From an uncultured Alphaproteobacteria bacterium (GTDB lineage: Bacteria > Pseudomonadota > Alphaproteobacteria > Geminicoccales > Geminicoccaceae): a DNA stretch of 64,000 nt. Below the pieces are notes generated by a model, which was not told where the DNA came from, searched no databases, and saw only the letters and a program-made list of their open reading frames with translations. Location: positions 118,583 through 182,582 of the forward strand of contig CAWBCX010000050.1 in NCBI GenBank assembly GCA_963787265.1, read 5' to 3'. This document shows positions 40,224 to 52,929 of the stretch, one piece after another. Made by a program: the position numbers and the translations under genes. Every line of letters begins with the position of its first letter. The first letter of the stretch is position 1.

Positions 40224-41207
40224 TCAGCGTCCCATCTTCGGCTTGGAGTAACGGTTGGCCTCCTCGACCAGAGCTTCCGTGTCGGAGTCCTTGTCGACCA
40301 TGACGAACGGCCCGCCCCAGACTTGCGCCACCTCCTCGCCCTTGCTGTGGGCAAAGAAGGCATCGGCAACGGCAACGCCGCTATCGTCGATCGAGCGCAG
40401 CACGGAGGCGGTGAGCCAGCCTTCCTTCATCGCCACGATCTCGTCGCCGGTTCCGCCGAAGCCCATGGTCGCGATCTGATCCGACTTGCCCGCCTGCTTC
40501 ACGGCCTGACCGGCGCCGAGGCCGACCGCGGTCGACACGCCGTAAATGAGATCGATGTCGTCATGCGCGGTCAAAAGGTTCTGGGCGGCATCGAACGCCT
40601 TGCCCCGATCGAAGTCGGTGTGCGGCCCCATGATCACTTCGATCTCGGGATGCTGTTCGATCACCTCGAGGAAACCGCCGCTGCGCTGATCGCTGACCAC
40701 GCCCGGCGCCCCTTGTAGAACCGCAACCTTGCCCTTGCCGCCGAGATGCTCGGCCGCCCATTCGCCGGAAAGACGTCCGCCTTCCTCATGGGAAAACGCG
40801 ACATACATCATCGCGCGCGCTGCCTCGTCCTCATGGGGCTCGAGGAAATTGTAGACCACGGTCGGGATGTCGGCCTGCTTCAGCTTGCGCAGTGCAGGGA
40901 TCGCGGCTTCATACTCGGTCGGGCCGAGAAAGACGTAATCGACGCCTTTGGCGATCACCAATTCGACCTGGGCGAGCTGGCCGGCATGGTCGACGTGGGT
41001 GGCCACCGCCAAAGCCTGGATTTCGTACTCGACCCCAAGCTCGTCGAGCCGGCCCTGGATTGCCCAGAAGACCCGTTCCCACGCATCGGAGATGTCGAAG
41101 GCTGGCGACAGATAGGCGATCCGCATCGGCTCGGCGCGTGCCGCGGGGACGGCTTGGGCAGCACCGATGAGGGCGGCGGCTGCAATCAACAAACGACGGC
41201 TCAGCAT
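40224..41207 (-). CDS. Sugar ABC transporter periplasmic binding protein (CUT2/RbsB-like fold)
   Basis: ORF 40224..41309. The start 'MLSRRLLIAAAALIGAAQAVPAARA' (signal peptide) follows a GGGAAGG RBS 4 nt after the permease stop. Confidence 0.85.
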   Translation of the reverse strand: MLSRRLLIAAAALIGAAQAVPAARAEPMRIAYLSPAFDISDAWERVFWAIQGRLDELGVEYEIQALAVATHVDHAGQLAQVELVIAKGVDYVFLGPTEYEAAIPALRKLKQADIPTVVYNFLEPHEDEAARAMMYVAFSHEEGGRLSGEWAAEHLGGKGKVAVLQGAPGVVSDQRSGGFLEVIEQHPEIEVIMGPHTDFDRGKAFDAAQNLLTAHDDIDLIYGVSTAVGLGAGQAVKQAGKSDQIATMGFGGTGDEIVAMKEGWLTASVLRSIDDSGVAVADAFFAHSKGEEVAQVWGGPFVMVDKDSDTEALVEEANRYSKPKMGR

Positions 41208-41211
41208 GACG

Positions 41212-42252
41212 TTACCTTCCCTGATTGTTGGCGACGCTTTCCTTGAGCTTGCGTCGCGGTAGGAGTGCGAGCAGCGGAATCCGCTGCTCGCGCAAATTCC
41301 CGATGGCAACGGCGATCAGAACGATTACGCCCATCACTACCAGCTGCCAGAAATAATCGACGCCGGCGATGACCAGCGCATTGGTCATCATCGACAGCAG
41401 AAGCGCGCCCATCACCGTGCCGTAAATCGTTCCGCGCCCGCCGAAAAGGCTGGTGCCGCCGATGATCACCGCGGCAATCACGTGGATCTCCATGGCGGTG
41501 CCGATGGTCGCCTGGGTCGAATCGATGCGCGCGATCATGATCAGGCCGCCAAGCGCCGTGACCAGGCCCATGAGGGCGTAGACCGAGACCTCGATCAGGT
41601 TGACCGGCACACCCGCCAGCCTGGCCGCTTCGCGGTTGCCGCCGATCGCGCGCACATGCAGGCCGAACTTCGTATGATTGAACAGCCAGCCGCCGAAAGC
41701 CGCGAAGACGAAGGCGATGATCACCGGAACCGGCAGGCCCAGCACATTCCCCTGACCGAGCCAGGTGATCGAGGCCGGCAGGCCATAATGCATGTTGCCG
41801 GCGGAATGCAGCAGCGCCAGGCCGCGCAGGCTCACCATCATCCCCAGCGTCGCGATAAAGGGCGGTATCTTGACGAAGGCGATGAGAAGGCCGGTCAGGC
41901 AGCCGATGCCGGCGCCGAGCATGAACATGATCAGCACGCCGAGCAGCGGGTTCATGCCTTCTTTGATCAGCTCGAAGCCGATCACAGTGACCAGGGCCAG
42001 GAGCGAACCGACGGAAAGATCGATGCCGGCGCTGGTGATGACGAAGGTCATGCCGACCGCAATGATGATGTAGTACGAGGCTTGAGTCAGAACATTCCCG
42101 AAATTGGCGATGGTGGCAAAACGCGGGTTGATCAGCGCAAAGATGACCACGAGAGACAGGACCACGATGGTCAGCCCGAGCCCCTCGAACAACCAGCGGC
42201 GATCGGCATGCCCGATGGCGCTCGCGGCGGTGATGGCAGGGTCATTCTGCAT
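41212..42252 (-). CDS. Sugar ABC transporter permease (RbsC/branched-chain type)
   Basis: 346-aa ORF that is highly hydrophobic with multiple TM segments. 'GIDLSVGS' is typical of this permease family. Confidence 0.85.
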   Translation of the reverse strand: MQNDPAITAASAIGHADRRWLFEGLGLTIVVLSLVVIFALINPRFATIANFGNVLTQASYYIIIAVGMTFVITSAGIDLSVGSLLALVTVIGFELIKEGMNPLLGVLIMFMLGAGIGCLTGLLIAFVKIPPFIATLGMMVSLRGLALLHSAGNMHYGLPASITWLGQGNVLGLPVPVIIAFVFAAFGGWLFNHTKFGLHVRAIGGNREAARLAGVPVNLIEVSVYALMGLVTALGGLIMIARIDSTQATIGTAMEIHVIAAVIIGGTSLFGGRGTIYGTVMGALLLSMMTNALVIAGVDYFWQLVVMGVIVLIAVAIGNLREQRIPLLALLPRRKLKESVANNQGR

Positions 42253-42270
42253 GACGTCCCAACTCCTCGG

Positions 42271-44620
<2,350 letters not shown>

Positions 44621-44736
44621 GCCGATCTGACGAGGCTTGTTTTTCTAGGACAAACTGCCGCCGGATCACGTTTCCGGCCGGTTCCTTAGATGGCCGGAAA
44701 ACACCCTAATGTCTTGTCAGCCAAGTCCTGGCAAGA

Positions 44737-45229
44737 CTACTTCTCGGCGGTTTCCAAGGTGGGGTGCATCACCATGTCGCCAGGCTTGATACCGAGCAAA
44801 CGGGAGATACCAGCCGGAATCTCCAGCACGGCCCGGACCGGTCCTTCGGAGGCTAAAATAGCCTCGGAATGGGGAACGGCATCATGAGCGATATTGACGA
44901 TCTCGCCATCGGCGCGAATGAACAGCATATCCAGCGGAATATACGTGTTGCGCATCCACATTGCGACCGGCGCCGTGACACCGAAGTCAAACAACATGCC
45001 GTGATCCGGTGCCATATCGCGCCGGTGCATCAAACCGATCCGTCGCTCGTCGGGACTTTTTGCGAGTTCGAACTCGAAACGCAAATTTCCGATCCTCGGA
45101 TGCGATTACAAGCTGGCTCTTCTCCAGGATCTGCCCCGCCTCTTGCGCGATACCGACAAGAGGCAGCAGCGCGATGAAGGCGAACCCGAGCATCCCATGG
45201 AAGGTTCTGTCGAAAACAGCAGCAAACAT
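44737..45229 (-). pseudogene. DUF192 domain protein, one frame break near 45082
   Basis: ORF 44737..45084 ('RRIGLMHRRDMAPDHGMLFDF...MWMRNTYIPLDMLFI') carries the DUF192 core. The signal-anchor part 'MFAAVFDRTFHGMLGFAFIALLPLVG' is in ORF 44987..45289, in another frame. Confidence 0.65.
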
Positions 45230-45298
45230 CAGGCAATCCTTGTTTCTTGATGCCAGAGAGCGAACGGGTATTGCCGACATGAACGCCATGACGAAGTC

Positions 45299-46174
45299 TC
45301 ACCAGACAAAGCGCGGCAAAACCCAGCGGGGTCTCGCACCATATTTCACCGCAAGACCATCGAGAGCGGCCTGCTTGTCCGTTTCGCGTTCGGCCCCCGA
45401 AAACGCGTCTCGATGCACGCCATGAACCAGAAGCATTGTGTCGATCCCGATGCTGTTGCCACCGGCAATATCATGCTCGAGCGAGTCGCCAATGCCGAGG
45501 AGCGCATCCTTGGGCAGATCGCCAAGCTTCTTCAAGCATAGCTCGTAGACCGGCCGATAAGGCTTGCCCACATAGATCACCTTGCCCTCCAACCCCTGAT
45601 AATACCGGGCCACGCCACCCGGCGCCATGCCACGGCCGCCATTCGGGTAGATGGCGACGATATCGGGGTTGGCGCAAATAAGCGGAAGCCCACGCTTGGC
45701 ACCCTTCTCGAGAACCTCGACGAAGGGTTCAAGCTCGGCATAATCCTTGACCCCGGCAAGGTAGAGAAAATCGGCATCGTCGGGGTTGGCGACCACCTCG
45801 ATATCAAGGCCTTCGACATGCGCCTCGTCGTCGCCTCTCGACCAGAGGTAACATCGATGACCGAACCCGGCGATGTCGGGATCGGTTCGATCATGGAGTG
45901 CCTGCCAGCTCGCCTCGCCCGAGGTGACGATCGCATCGAACAGATGGGAGCCGAAGCCCATCTCGTTCAAACGCAGCTCGTTGTGGGCCGCCCGCTTGCC
46001 CGAATTACTCAACAGCACGATCTTCTTGCCTTCGGCCCGCAGCGATGTCAGGCAATCGATAGCATCGGGATAAGGCTCCCCGCCGTCATGAAGCACACCC
46101 CACTGATCGATAATGAAGCCCTGGTAGCGGGCCGCCACATTGGCAAGGCTTTCGGAAAATGTCGTCGAACTCAT
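45299..46174 (-). CDS. HAD-superfamily hydrolase, subfamily IIA
   Basis: 291-aa ORF with motif I 'FIIDQWGVLHDG', 'LLSNSGK' and motif IV 'GDSLEHDIAGG'. Its start overlaps the upstream kinase stop. Confidence 0.8.
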   Translation of the reverse strand: MSSTTFSESLANVAARYQGFIIDQWGVLHDGGEPYPDAIDCLTSLRAEGKKIVLLSNSGKRAAHNELRLNEMGFGSHLFDAIVTSGEASWQALHDRTDPDIAGFGHRCYLWSRGDDEAHVEGLDIEVVANPDDADFLYLAGVKDYAELEPFVEVLEKGAKRGLPLICANPDIVAIYPNGGRGMAPGGVARYYQGLEGKVIYVGKPYRPVYELCLKKLGDLPKDALLGIGDSLEHDIAGGNSIGIDTMLLVHGVHRDAFSGAERETDKQAALDGLAVKYGARPRWVLPRFVW

Positions 46175-47469
46175 CAGATAACGCTTCCTTTGTCGAAAAA
46201 AGGCTTGCGGGCAAGGCGGGCGGCACCGAACGCCGCTTCCGTGGTGTCGGGCACCGTGACCTCGACGCCGAGCCGTGCCCGGCGTATCTCTATCCAGGCC
46301 TTGTTGGCAGCACCGCCTCCCACGGTTCGCACCGATCGGAGCGGTCCAGCCCCAAGGGCTCGAAGTTCCTTATAAGCGCGTGCCTCGATCGAAGCGATCC
46401 CTTCCAGCAACCCTTGCAAGAACCGGGCATCACTTACTGGCCTGGGTTCCGTGACCGATTCTTTTTGGGGATCGCTGATCGGAAAGCGTTCGCCGACATC
46501 CGGGAGCGGATAATAGTCGAGGCCGGTCGGTTGATGGGGGCGAAGTTCGGGCATGAGCCGGTTCATGGTCTCGACATCAAAAAACCGAGCCAGCGCCTGG
46601 CCGCCGCTGTTCGACGCGCCGCCCGGCAGCCAGAGATCACCGAGCCGGTGGCTGTAGACCCCGGATGCCGGATCGAAAAGCGGCCGGTCCGCCAGTTGCT
46701 TGACCACTAAGGTCGAACCAAGCGAGGTGACGGCATCGCCGGGCTCAACGGCACCGGTGGCCAGAAAAGCGGCGACGCCATCGGTCGTCCCGGCAACGAT
46801 CAAGGTCGTTGGGGGTAGATCGAACGCAGCCGCCATGTCCTTGGTGATCGGACCGATGCCGGAACCCGGCACCAAAACCTCCGGCAAGAGTTCGCCGCGT
46901 ATGCCGAGCTTAGCAAACCAGGCGGGCCAGCGATCGGCGATCACGTCATAACCGAGCTTCAGCGCATTGTTCTGATCCGAGATCCCGAAGCGGCCGGACA
47001 GCCTGGCCGCGATCCAATCCGCCTGATGCAGCGCGTGGACCGCCGTATCCGCCTCGTTGTTCCCGGTCAGATATAGAAGCTTTGCCAGCGCGGAGCTTGC
47101 CCCGGTGGCGCCACTTTCCGGCGAGGCCGCGCTCTTGATGAGATCGGCCTCAACAACGGCACGGGTATCGTTATACATCAAGCCCGGGCCAAGCGGCATC
47201 CCGCCTTCATCGGTGAGAAGGAGGGTCCCGGAAGTGCCGTCAACGGCGATGGCGCCAACCGCGCGACGATCGATCCGATCGAGCAGACCCAACAACGCCT
47301 TCTCGACAGCCGACCACCATATCGACGGCTCCTGATCGATCAGAGCACCGTTGCGCTTCGGCGACGGCATCGGGACCGAAACCTGATCCACCGGCCGGCC
47401 CTGATCGTCGATGGCCGCCGCCCGACAGCCGCTGGTGCCGACATCGATCCCAAGATAAAGAGTGTCCAT
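46174..47469 (-). CDS. FGGY-family carbohydrate kinase
   Basis: 431-aa ORF with the N-terminal 'LGIDVGTSGCRAAAID' and a C-terminal 'VGGGAANKAW'. Confidence 0.8.
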   Translation of the reverse strand: MDTLYLGIDVGTSGCRAAAIDDQGRPVDQVSVPMPSPKRNGALIDQEPSIWWSAVEKALLGLLDRIDRRAVGAIAVDGTSGTLLLTDEGGMPLGPGLMYNDTRAVVEADLIKSAASPESGATGASSALAKLLYLTGNNEADTAVHALHQADWIAARLSGRFGISDQNNALKLGYDVIADRWPAWFAKLGIRGELLPEVLVPGSGIGPITKDMAAAFDLPPTTLIVAGTTDGVAAFLATGAVEPGDAVTSLGSTLVVKQLADRPLFDPASGVYSHRLGDLWLPGGASNSGGQALARFFDVETMNRLMPELRPHQPTGLDYYPLPDVGERFPISDPQKESVTEPRPVSDARFLQGLLEGIASIEARAYKELRALGAGPLRSVRTVGGGAANKAWIEIRRARLGVEVTVPDTTEAAFGAARLARKPFFDKGSVI

Positions 47470-47576
47470 ATCCTTGGCGGTACAACGCTAGATCCTCTTC
47501 GGTCAACCCAACGGTTGACCTGATCGGCCAATCATGTCCAAGCTAACGTGATAAAGTCATCAGGGAGAACTCGACA

Positions 47577-49115
47577 GTGGCGGCAGCGTTGAGCACCGGG
47601 CTCAGCATTGGGCTTGACGTAGGCACGAGCGGCGTCAAGGCATTATTGGTGACGAGCGATGGCCGTGTCGCAGCGAGCGCAACCGAAGACTATCCGCTCC
47701 TGACCCCGAAACCTGGATGGACCGAACAGGAACCGGAAAGCTGGTGGCAGGCAAGTTGCCGCGCACTCAAATCCCTTGCCGCCCAGGCGCCAGGCCAGGT
47801 CGAAGCGATTGGCCTGACCGGGCAGATGCACGGCGCGGTCTTCTTGGATGCCGACGGCACCGTCATCCGCCCGGCTCTTCTTTGGAACGATCAACGTACG
47901 GCGGATGAATGTGTCGAGATCGAGAACGAGGTCGGCAGGCAACTTCTCCGTAAGACCACCGGCAACCCGGCACTGACCGGCTTTCAAGCCCCCAAGATCC
48001 TGTGGCTCCGAAACCATGAACCCGAGGCCTATGCCAGGCTCCGCCATGTTCTCCTGCCGAAGGACTTCATCCGCTATCGTCTATCGGGCGCCCTTGCCAC
48101 CGATGCCTCCGATGCTGCGGGCACGCTGCTCTTGGATCTCGCCAGACGCGACTGGTCCGAAGACATTCTGCACGCCCTCGGTATCCCGCGCGATTGGCTG
48201 CCGAGGGTCTACGAAGGCCCCGAGGTGACAGGCCATGTCAGCGTCGATGGTGCGAAGGCATCAGGGCTGCCGGAAGGCTTGCCGGTGATCGCCGGCGGCG
48301 GCGACAATGCGGCAGCCGCGGTCGGTTCCGGCGTCGTCAGCGAGGGGAGCGGCTTTGTTTCGCTTGGGACTTCGGGTGTGGTGTTCGTTGCGTCGGAGAA
48401 ACCGAAAACCGACCCTGATGGCGCACTCCATGCGTTTTGTCATGCCGTACCCGGCCGATACCACCTGATGGGTGTCATCCTCTCGGCGGGCGGCAGCCTT
48501 CGCTGGTTTCGGGATGTGATCGCGCGCGAGACGATCGCTGCCGCCCGGCAACGAAACATCGATGCCTATGATCTGATTTTCGAGCAAGCTTCCAAAGTCC
48601 CCCCCGGCGCCGACGATCTCTTCTATCTCCCCTATCTTGCCGGCGAACGCACACCCCATATGGACCCCTACGCCCGTGGCGCCTTTGCCGGCCTCAGCCT
48701 TGCCCATGATGAGCGGCACATGGCACGCGCCGTGATCGAAGGCATCAGCTTTGCCATCAAGGATTCGCTGGTGCTCATGGATCGCCTCGGCGTCTCACCG
48801 GATCAACTCTATGCGGTTGGCGGCGGTGCGCGAAACTCGACATGGCGTAGCTGGCTTGCCTCCATTCTCGGTGTTGGTCTGCAGCGACCGGAAGTTGAAG
48901 AGGGTCCGGCAATGGGGGCTGCTCTCCTCGGTGCGGTCGGTGCCGGCATTCATGCGGACGTCGATGCCGCCGTGACGGCCGCGGTTCGCCATCAAGGCCA
49001 GATCGAGACACCGGAACCAGACCTCCAAGCCTGTTACAACGACGTTTACCAGCGCTTCATCCGACTTTATCCGGCGCTTAGGGACACCGGCATCTGGCAC
49101 AAGGGGAAAACCTGA
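47577..49115 (+). CDS. xylB: Xylulokinase-like FGGY kinase
   Basis: 512-aa ORF with a GTG start after a GGGAGA RBS. It has 'GLDVGTSGVKALL', 'PGWTEQEPESWW', 'NDQRT' and 'GGGARNSTWR'. Confidence 0.75.
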   Translation: MAAALSTGLSIGLDVGTSGVKALLVTSDGRVAASATEDYPLLTPKPGWTEQEPESWWQASCRALKSLAAQAPGQVEAIGLTGQMHGAVFLDADGTVIRPALLWNDQRTADECVEIENEVGRQLLRKTTGNPALTGFQAPKILWLRNHEPEAYARLRHVLLPKDFIRYRLSGALATDASDAAGTLLLDLARRDWSEDILHALGIPRDWLPRVYEGPEVTGHVSVDGAKASGLPEGLPVIAGGGDNAAAAVGSGVVSEGSGFVSLGTSGVVFVASEKPKTDPDGALHAFCHAVPGRYHLMGVILSAGGSLRWFRDVIARETIAAARQRNIDAYDLIFEQASKVPPGADDLFYLPYLAGERTPHMDPYARGAFAGLSLAHDERHMARAVIEGISFAIKDSLVLMDRLGVSPDQLYAVGGGARNSTWRSWLASILGVGLQRPEVEEGPAMGAALLGAVGAGIHADVDAAVTAAVRHQGQIETPEPDLQACYNDVYQRFIRLYPALRDTGIWHKGKT

Positions 49116-49239
49116 TCGCCCGACCGGTGTTTGCTTGAGCCCCGCAGTTGACACGTCAATTCGAGACACGTAGCGTTCTGAACACTTAATGAACAAATTT
49201 CCAGTTAAGACGATCTTCTTTTAGAGAAGGGGGGCAATT

Positions 49240-50208
49240 TTGGCACAGCTGAAGGAGGCGGAGACGGACTTGGCCGTTCGGGCAGCCTGGTTGTCCTATG
49301 TTGGAGGTTATACCCAAGAACAAATCGCACAGCGCCTCGGCGTTTCGCAAGTCAAGGTTCATCGCTTGAGTTCGCTCGCGCAGGATCTGGGGTTCGTCAA
49401 AGTATCGATCGAGCACGAGCTTGCCAGCACGGTGGCGCTGGAAAACCAGCTGATCGAGCTCTATGGCCTGAAGAACTGCATCCTCGTGCCGACAATGGAC
49501 GATGGGGCTGATCGATATGGCGGGACCTTGGCAGCGCTTGGAACAGCTGGGGCGAGGTTCTTAAGTCGTTTTCTTGACCGGGAACCGGCGACAACGATCG
49601 GAATCGGCTGGGGAAAAACCCTGTCATCGATGGCCGCGACGTTGTTGCGCAAGCCACGGCCGAGCAATCGTTTTGTTTCCGTTCTTGGCTCGCTCACCAG
49701 ACATGCCGCCGCCAACCCTTATGATGTAATCCACCAGCTTACCTGGAAGACCGGGGCAGAGGGGTTCATCATGCCCGTGCCCTTCATTGCCGATGCGGTG
49801 ACTGATCGTGACCTGCTCATGAGCCAAAACAGTCTCAGTAAAATCGTGACCCTTGCCAAGAATGCAGACCTTTACATCCTAGGCATCGGCGGTTGTGGCC
49901 CGGAAGCCAGCGCTTTTGAGTCCGGCCAAGTGACCAAGTCGGAATTGGACGCTCTCCAGGACGCAGGCGCTGTTGGCGACCTGCTCGGGCAATTCTTTGA
50001 CGTCACGGGAAAGCTGGTTGATTGCGAATTCAATGATCGCATCTTAGGGCTCGATTTGGACGCCCTGTACGGTCGACAAGTGACCGTGATCGCCGGTGGC
50101 CCTGGCAAGCTGCCTGCCATCAATGGAGCTTTGCAGATGCGGGTGATCAGCACCTTGATCACCGATGAAACCACCGCACAAAATTTGCTGCGCTACCATC
50201 CTATCTAA
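49240..50208 (+). CDS. SorC/DeoR-type sugar-binding transcriptional regulator
   Basis: 322-aa ORF with a TTG start after AAGGGGGG. The N-terminal HTH is 'AAWLSYVGGYTQEQIAQRLGVSQVKVHRL', followed by a sugar-phosphate-binding domain. Confidence 0.8.
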   Translation: MAQLKEAETDLAVRAAWLSYVGGYTQEQIAQRLGVSQVKVHRLSSLAQDLGFVKVSIEHELASTVALENQLIELYGLKNCILVPTMDDGADRYGGTLAALGTAGARFLSRFLDREPATTIGIGWGKTLSSMAATLLRKPRPSNRFVSVLGSLTRHAAANPYDVIHQLTWKTGAEGFIMPVPFIADAVTDRDLLMSQNSLSKIVTLAKNADLYILGIGGCGPEASAFESGQVTKSELDALQDAGAVGDLLGQFFDVTGKLVDCEFNDRILGLDLDALYGRQVTVIAGGPGKLPAINGALQMRVISTLITDETTAQNLLRYHPI

Positions 50209-50284
50209 AAGTAAAAGAAGACCAACGGAATTAACTGGGCTAATCGAAGCGTGAGTGACGCCTAAAAAGAGAAGGGAGACGACG

Positions 50285-51721
50285 ATGTCGAAAAAGCTAG
50301 AGGATATGATCCAGGCCTTCAGCAAAGGCCGTATGGGACGCCGCGAATTCTTCACCCGCGCGGCCGCTTTCGGGGTCAGCACCGGCACGCTCAGCTATAT
50401 GCTGAACCGGTCTATAAGCCAGGCCCTTGCTGCCGACTTCGACTGGAAGAAGCATGACGGCACGGCGATCAAGCTCTTGTTGAACAAGCATCCCTACACC
50501 GATGCCATGATCGCCAATCTCGACAATTTCAAAGCGATGACCGGTATGGAGGTCTCCTATGACGTCTTCCCGGAAGACGTCTATTTCGACAAGGTCACCG
50601 CAGCGCTCAGCTCCGGCTCCACCGAATATGATGCTTTCATGACCGGAGCCTATCAGACTTGGCAATACGGACCTGCCGGCTGGCTGGTCGATCTCAACGA
50701 GTATATCGGCAACCCCGAACTCACCAATCCGAACTACAACTGGGAGGACGTGCTCCCCAATCTCCGCGCCTCGACGTCCTGGTCTGGTGTGCCCGGCGAA
50801 GAGCTTGGCGGCGAAGGGGCGAAGCAATGGTGCATACCCTGGGGCTTCGAGCTCAACTCCATTGCCTACAACCAGCCGGTGTTCGACAGGCTGGGTCTGA
50901 CCCCGCCGAAGGACCTCCCCGAATTGCTGGAGACCGCCGCACGCATTACCAAGGATGCGGACGGCATGTATGGCATCGGCGTGCGTGGATCCCGCTCGTG
51001 GGCGACCATCCATCCGGGTTTCCTCTCGGGCTACGCCAATTACGGCGAGACCGACTTCACCATGGATGGCGGCAAGCTCAATGCCGCGATGAACTCGGAG
51101 GGGTCGAAGGCCTTCCATGAGCTTTGGGTCAAGATGATCCAGGACAGCGGGCCGAAGGACTGGTCGACCTACACCTGGTATCAGGTCGGCACCGATCTCG
51201 GTGCCGGTGCCTCCGGCATGATCTTCGATGCCGATATCCTGGGCTACTTCATGAATGGCGGCGACAATGCGGAAGCCGGCAACCTCGCTTATGCGTCCTT
51301 CGCCGCCAACCCGGATGCGGCAGCCCCCACGCCGAACGTCTGGATCTGGTCCCTCGGCATGAGCGCCTTTTCCGAAAAGAAGGAAGCCGCCTGGAACTTC
51401 ATGCAATGGGCGTCGGGCGCTGAGCACGGACTCTTCGGCGCCCAGAAGATGGACTTCGTCAACCCGGTCCGCCAGTCGGTCTGGGACGATCCCGAGTTCC
51501 AGGAACGAATTGCCGCCAGCTATCCGGGCTATCTCGAGCAATATCAGGAGAGTGCGCCCGGCTCGAAGATCTACTTCACGCCACAGCCGCTCTTTTTCAA
51601 CCTCACCACCGAATGGGCGGCAAGCCTGCAGAAGATGGTGGCGAAAGAGGTGCCGGTCGGCGAGGGGCTCGATCAGCTCGCCGAGAGCGTCGATCGCCAG
51701 CTTCGCCAGGCCGGCCTGTAA
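50285..51721 (+). CDS. ABC transporter extracellular solute-binding protein (CUT1 family) with a Tat-type signal
   Basis: ORF 50255..51721. The ATG at 50285 follows a GGGAGA RBS. It has the twin-arginine 'GRREFFTRAAAFGV'. Confidence 0.85.
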   Translation: MSKKLEDMIQAFSKGRMGRREFFTRAAAFGVSTGTLSYMLNRSISQALAADFDWKKHDGTAIKLLLNKHPYTDAMIANLDNFKAMTGMEVSYDVFPEDVYFDKVTAALSSGSTEYDAFMTGAYQTWQYGPAGWLVDLNEYIGNPELTNPNYNWEDVLPNLRASTSWSGVPGEELGGEGAKQWCIPWGFELNSIAYNQPVFDRLGLTPPKDLPELLETAARITKDADGMYGIGVRGSRSWATIHPGFLSGYANYGETDFTMDGGKLNAAMNSEGSKAFHELWVKMIQDSGPKDWSTYTWYQVGTDLGAGASGMIFDADILGYFMNGGDNAEAGNLAYASFAANPDAAAPTPNVWIWSLGMSAFSEKKEAAWNFMQWASGAEHGLFGAQKMDFVNPVRQSVWDDPEFQERIAASYPGYLEQYQESAPGSKIYFTPQPLFFNLTTEWAASLQKMVAKEVPVGEGLDQLAESVDRQLRQAGL

Positions 51722-51999
51722 AAACGGGCTCGTTGCACGCAGCCGGACGGCGGCATGTCCCGTTCGCCGTCCGGCTGCGATTGCCCCGTCTCAAGAAGAC
51801 CGGAGCCCGCTGGTTTGATCTCACTACATTGTCAAAGAACGCTCTTTGAAGGATAGGCTTCGCCAACCTGCTGGCCAGCCATGGCCGCAGAAACGCCATC
51901 GATCGTCGTCATCACCTTGCCACGTTAAGGTAACCAAAGTGTTAATGAGGTCAGTTTTTGCGAAATGCGATATCGGCGGCGGCCGCACGGAGGCCTGCC

Positions 52000-52929
52000 A
52001 TGGCGACTGAGGCGGCCTCCGCTCGCGCTGCCCCTGCCTCGAAGCGCCCGTTCATGCGCGCGGCCCTGCCTTATTTGCTAAGCCTGCCGGCGCTTTTGGT
52101 CTGCATCGGCATTCTGATCCCGTTCGCCACCGCGGTTTACTACTCGCTGCTTCGCTACAATCTCGCTTTCCCCCAGATGCGCGGCTTCATCTGGTTTCAG
52201 AACTACATCGACTTCTTCAGCGATCCCGCATTCTGGAATACCATACGCGTCTCACTGCTCTACACGGTCTTCACCGTCGGCGCAGAGCTGCTGCTCGGCC
52301 TCGGCATCGCCCTGTTGCTGAGGCGGCGCACGTTACTGAACGACGTCATGAGCCTCCTTCTCATCATGCCGCTGATGATCGCGCCGGCGATCGCCGCCTT
52401 GATGTGGAAGCTGATGACCAACCCGAACTTCGGCATTCTCAGCTATCTCGCCAGTCTTATCGGCCTCGAAGATTTCCGCTGGGCCTCCTCGCCCTCGACG
52501 GCGCTCTTGACTGTTGTTCTGGTCGACGTCTGGGTCTACACGCCGTTCATGATGATCCTTCTGCTCGCGGGCCTTCGCGCGCTTCCAAAGCAGCCCTTCG
52601 AGGCGGCCGAGCTGGACGGCGTGCCCCGGAGCTTCGTATTCTTCCGCATCACGCTGCCAATGCTCACGCCCTACATCATCACCGCGACCCTCTTCCGCAT
52701 GCTGGAGAGCATCCAGCAATTCGATATCATCTACGCCATGACCCAGGGCGGCCCCGGCGACACGCTGATGGTGTTCCAGGTGCAAAGCTATCTCGAGCGT
52801 TTTCAGTACACCAATGTCGGCCGCTCGGCCGCCCTTTTGATGGTGCTCTGGGCCATCACCTTCGTGTTATCCAACATCTTCATCAAGCAATGGTTAAAGC
52901 TGCGCGAACAGGCGAGGGGGACAGGCTGA
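52000..52929 (+). CDS. Carbohydrate ABC transporter permease (MalF/UgpA-like)
   Basis: ORF 51958..52929 is hydrophobic and carries an EAA-loop 'FEAAELDGVPRSFVFFRITLP'. The ATG at 52000 follows an ACGGAGG RBS. Confidence 0.85.
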   Translation: MATEAASARAAPASKRPFMRAALPYLLSLPALLVCIGILIPFATAVYYSLLRYNLAFPQMRGFIWFQNYIDFFSDPAFWNTIRVSLLYTVFTVGAELLLGLGIALLLRRRTLLNDVMSLLLIMPLMIAPAIAALMWKLMTNPNFGILSYLASLIGLEDFRWASSPSTALLTVVLVDVWVYTPFMMILLLAGLRALPKQPFEAAELDGVPRSFVFFRITLPMLTPYIITATLFRMLESIQQFDIIYAMTQGGPGDTLMVFQVQSYLERFQYTNVGRSAALLMVLWAITFVLSNIFIKQWLKLREQARGTG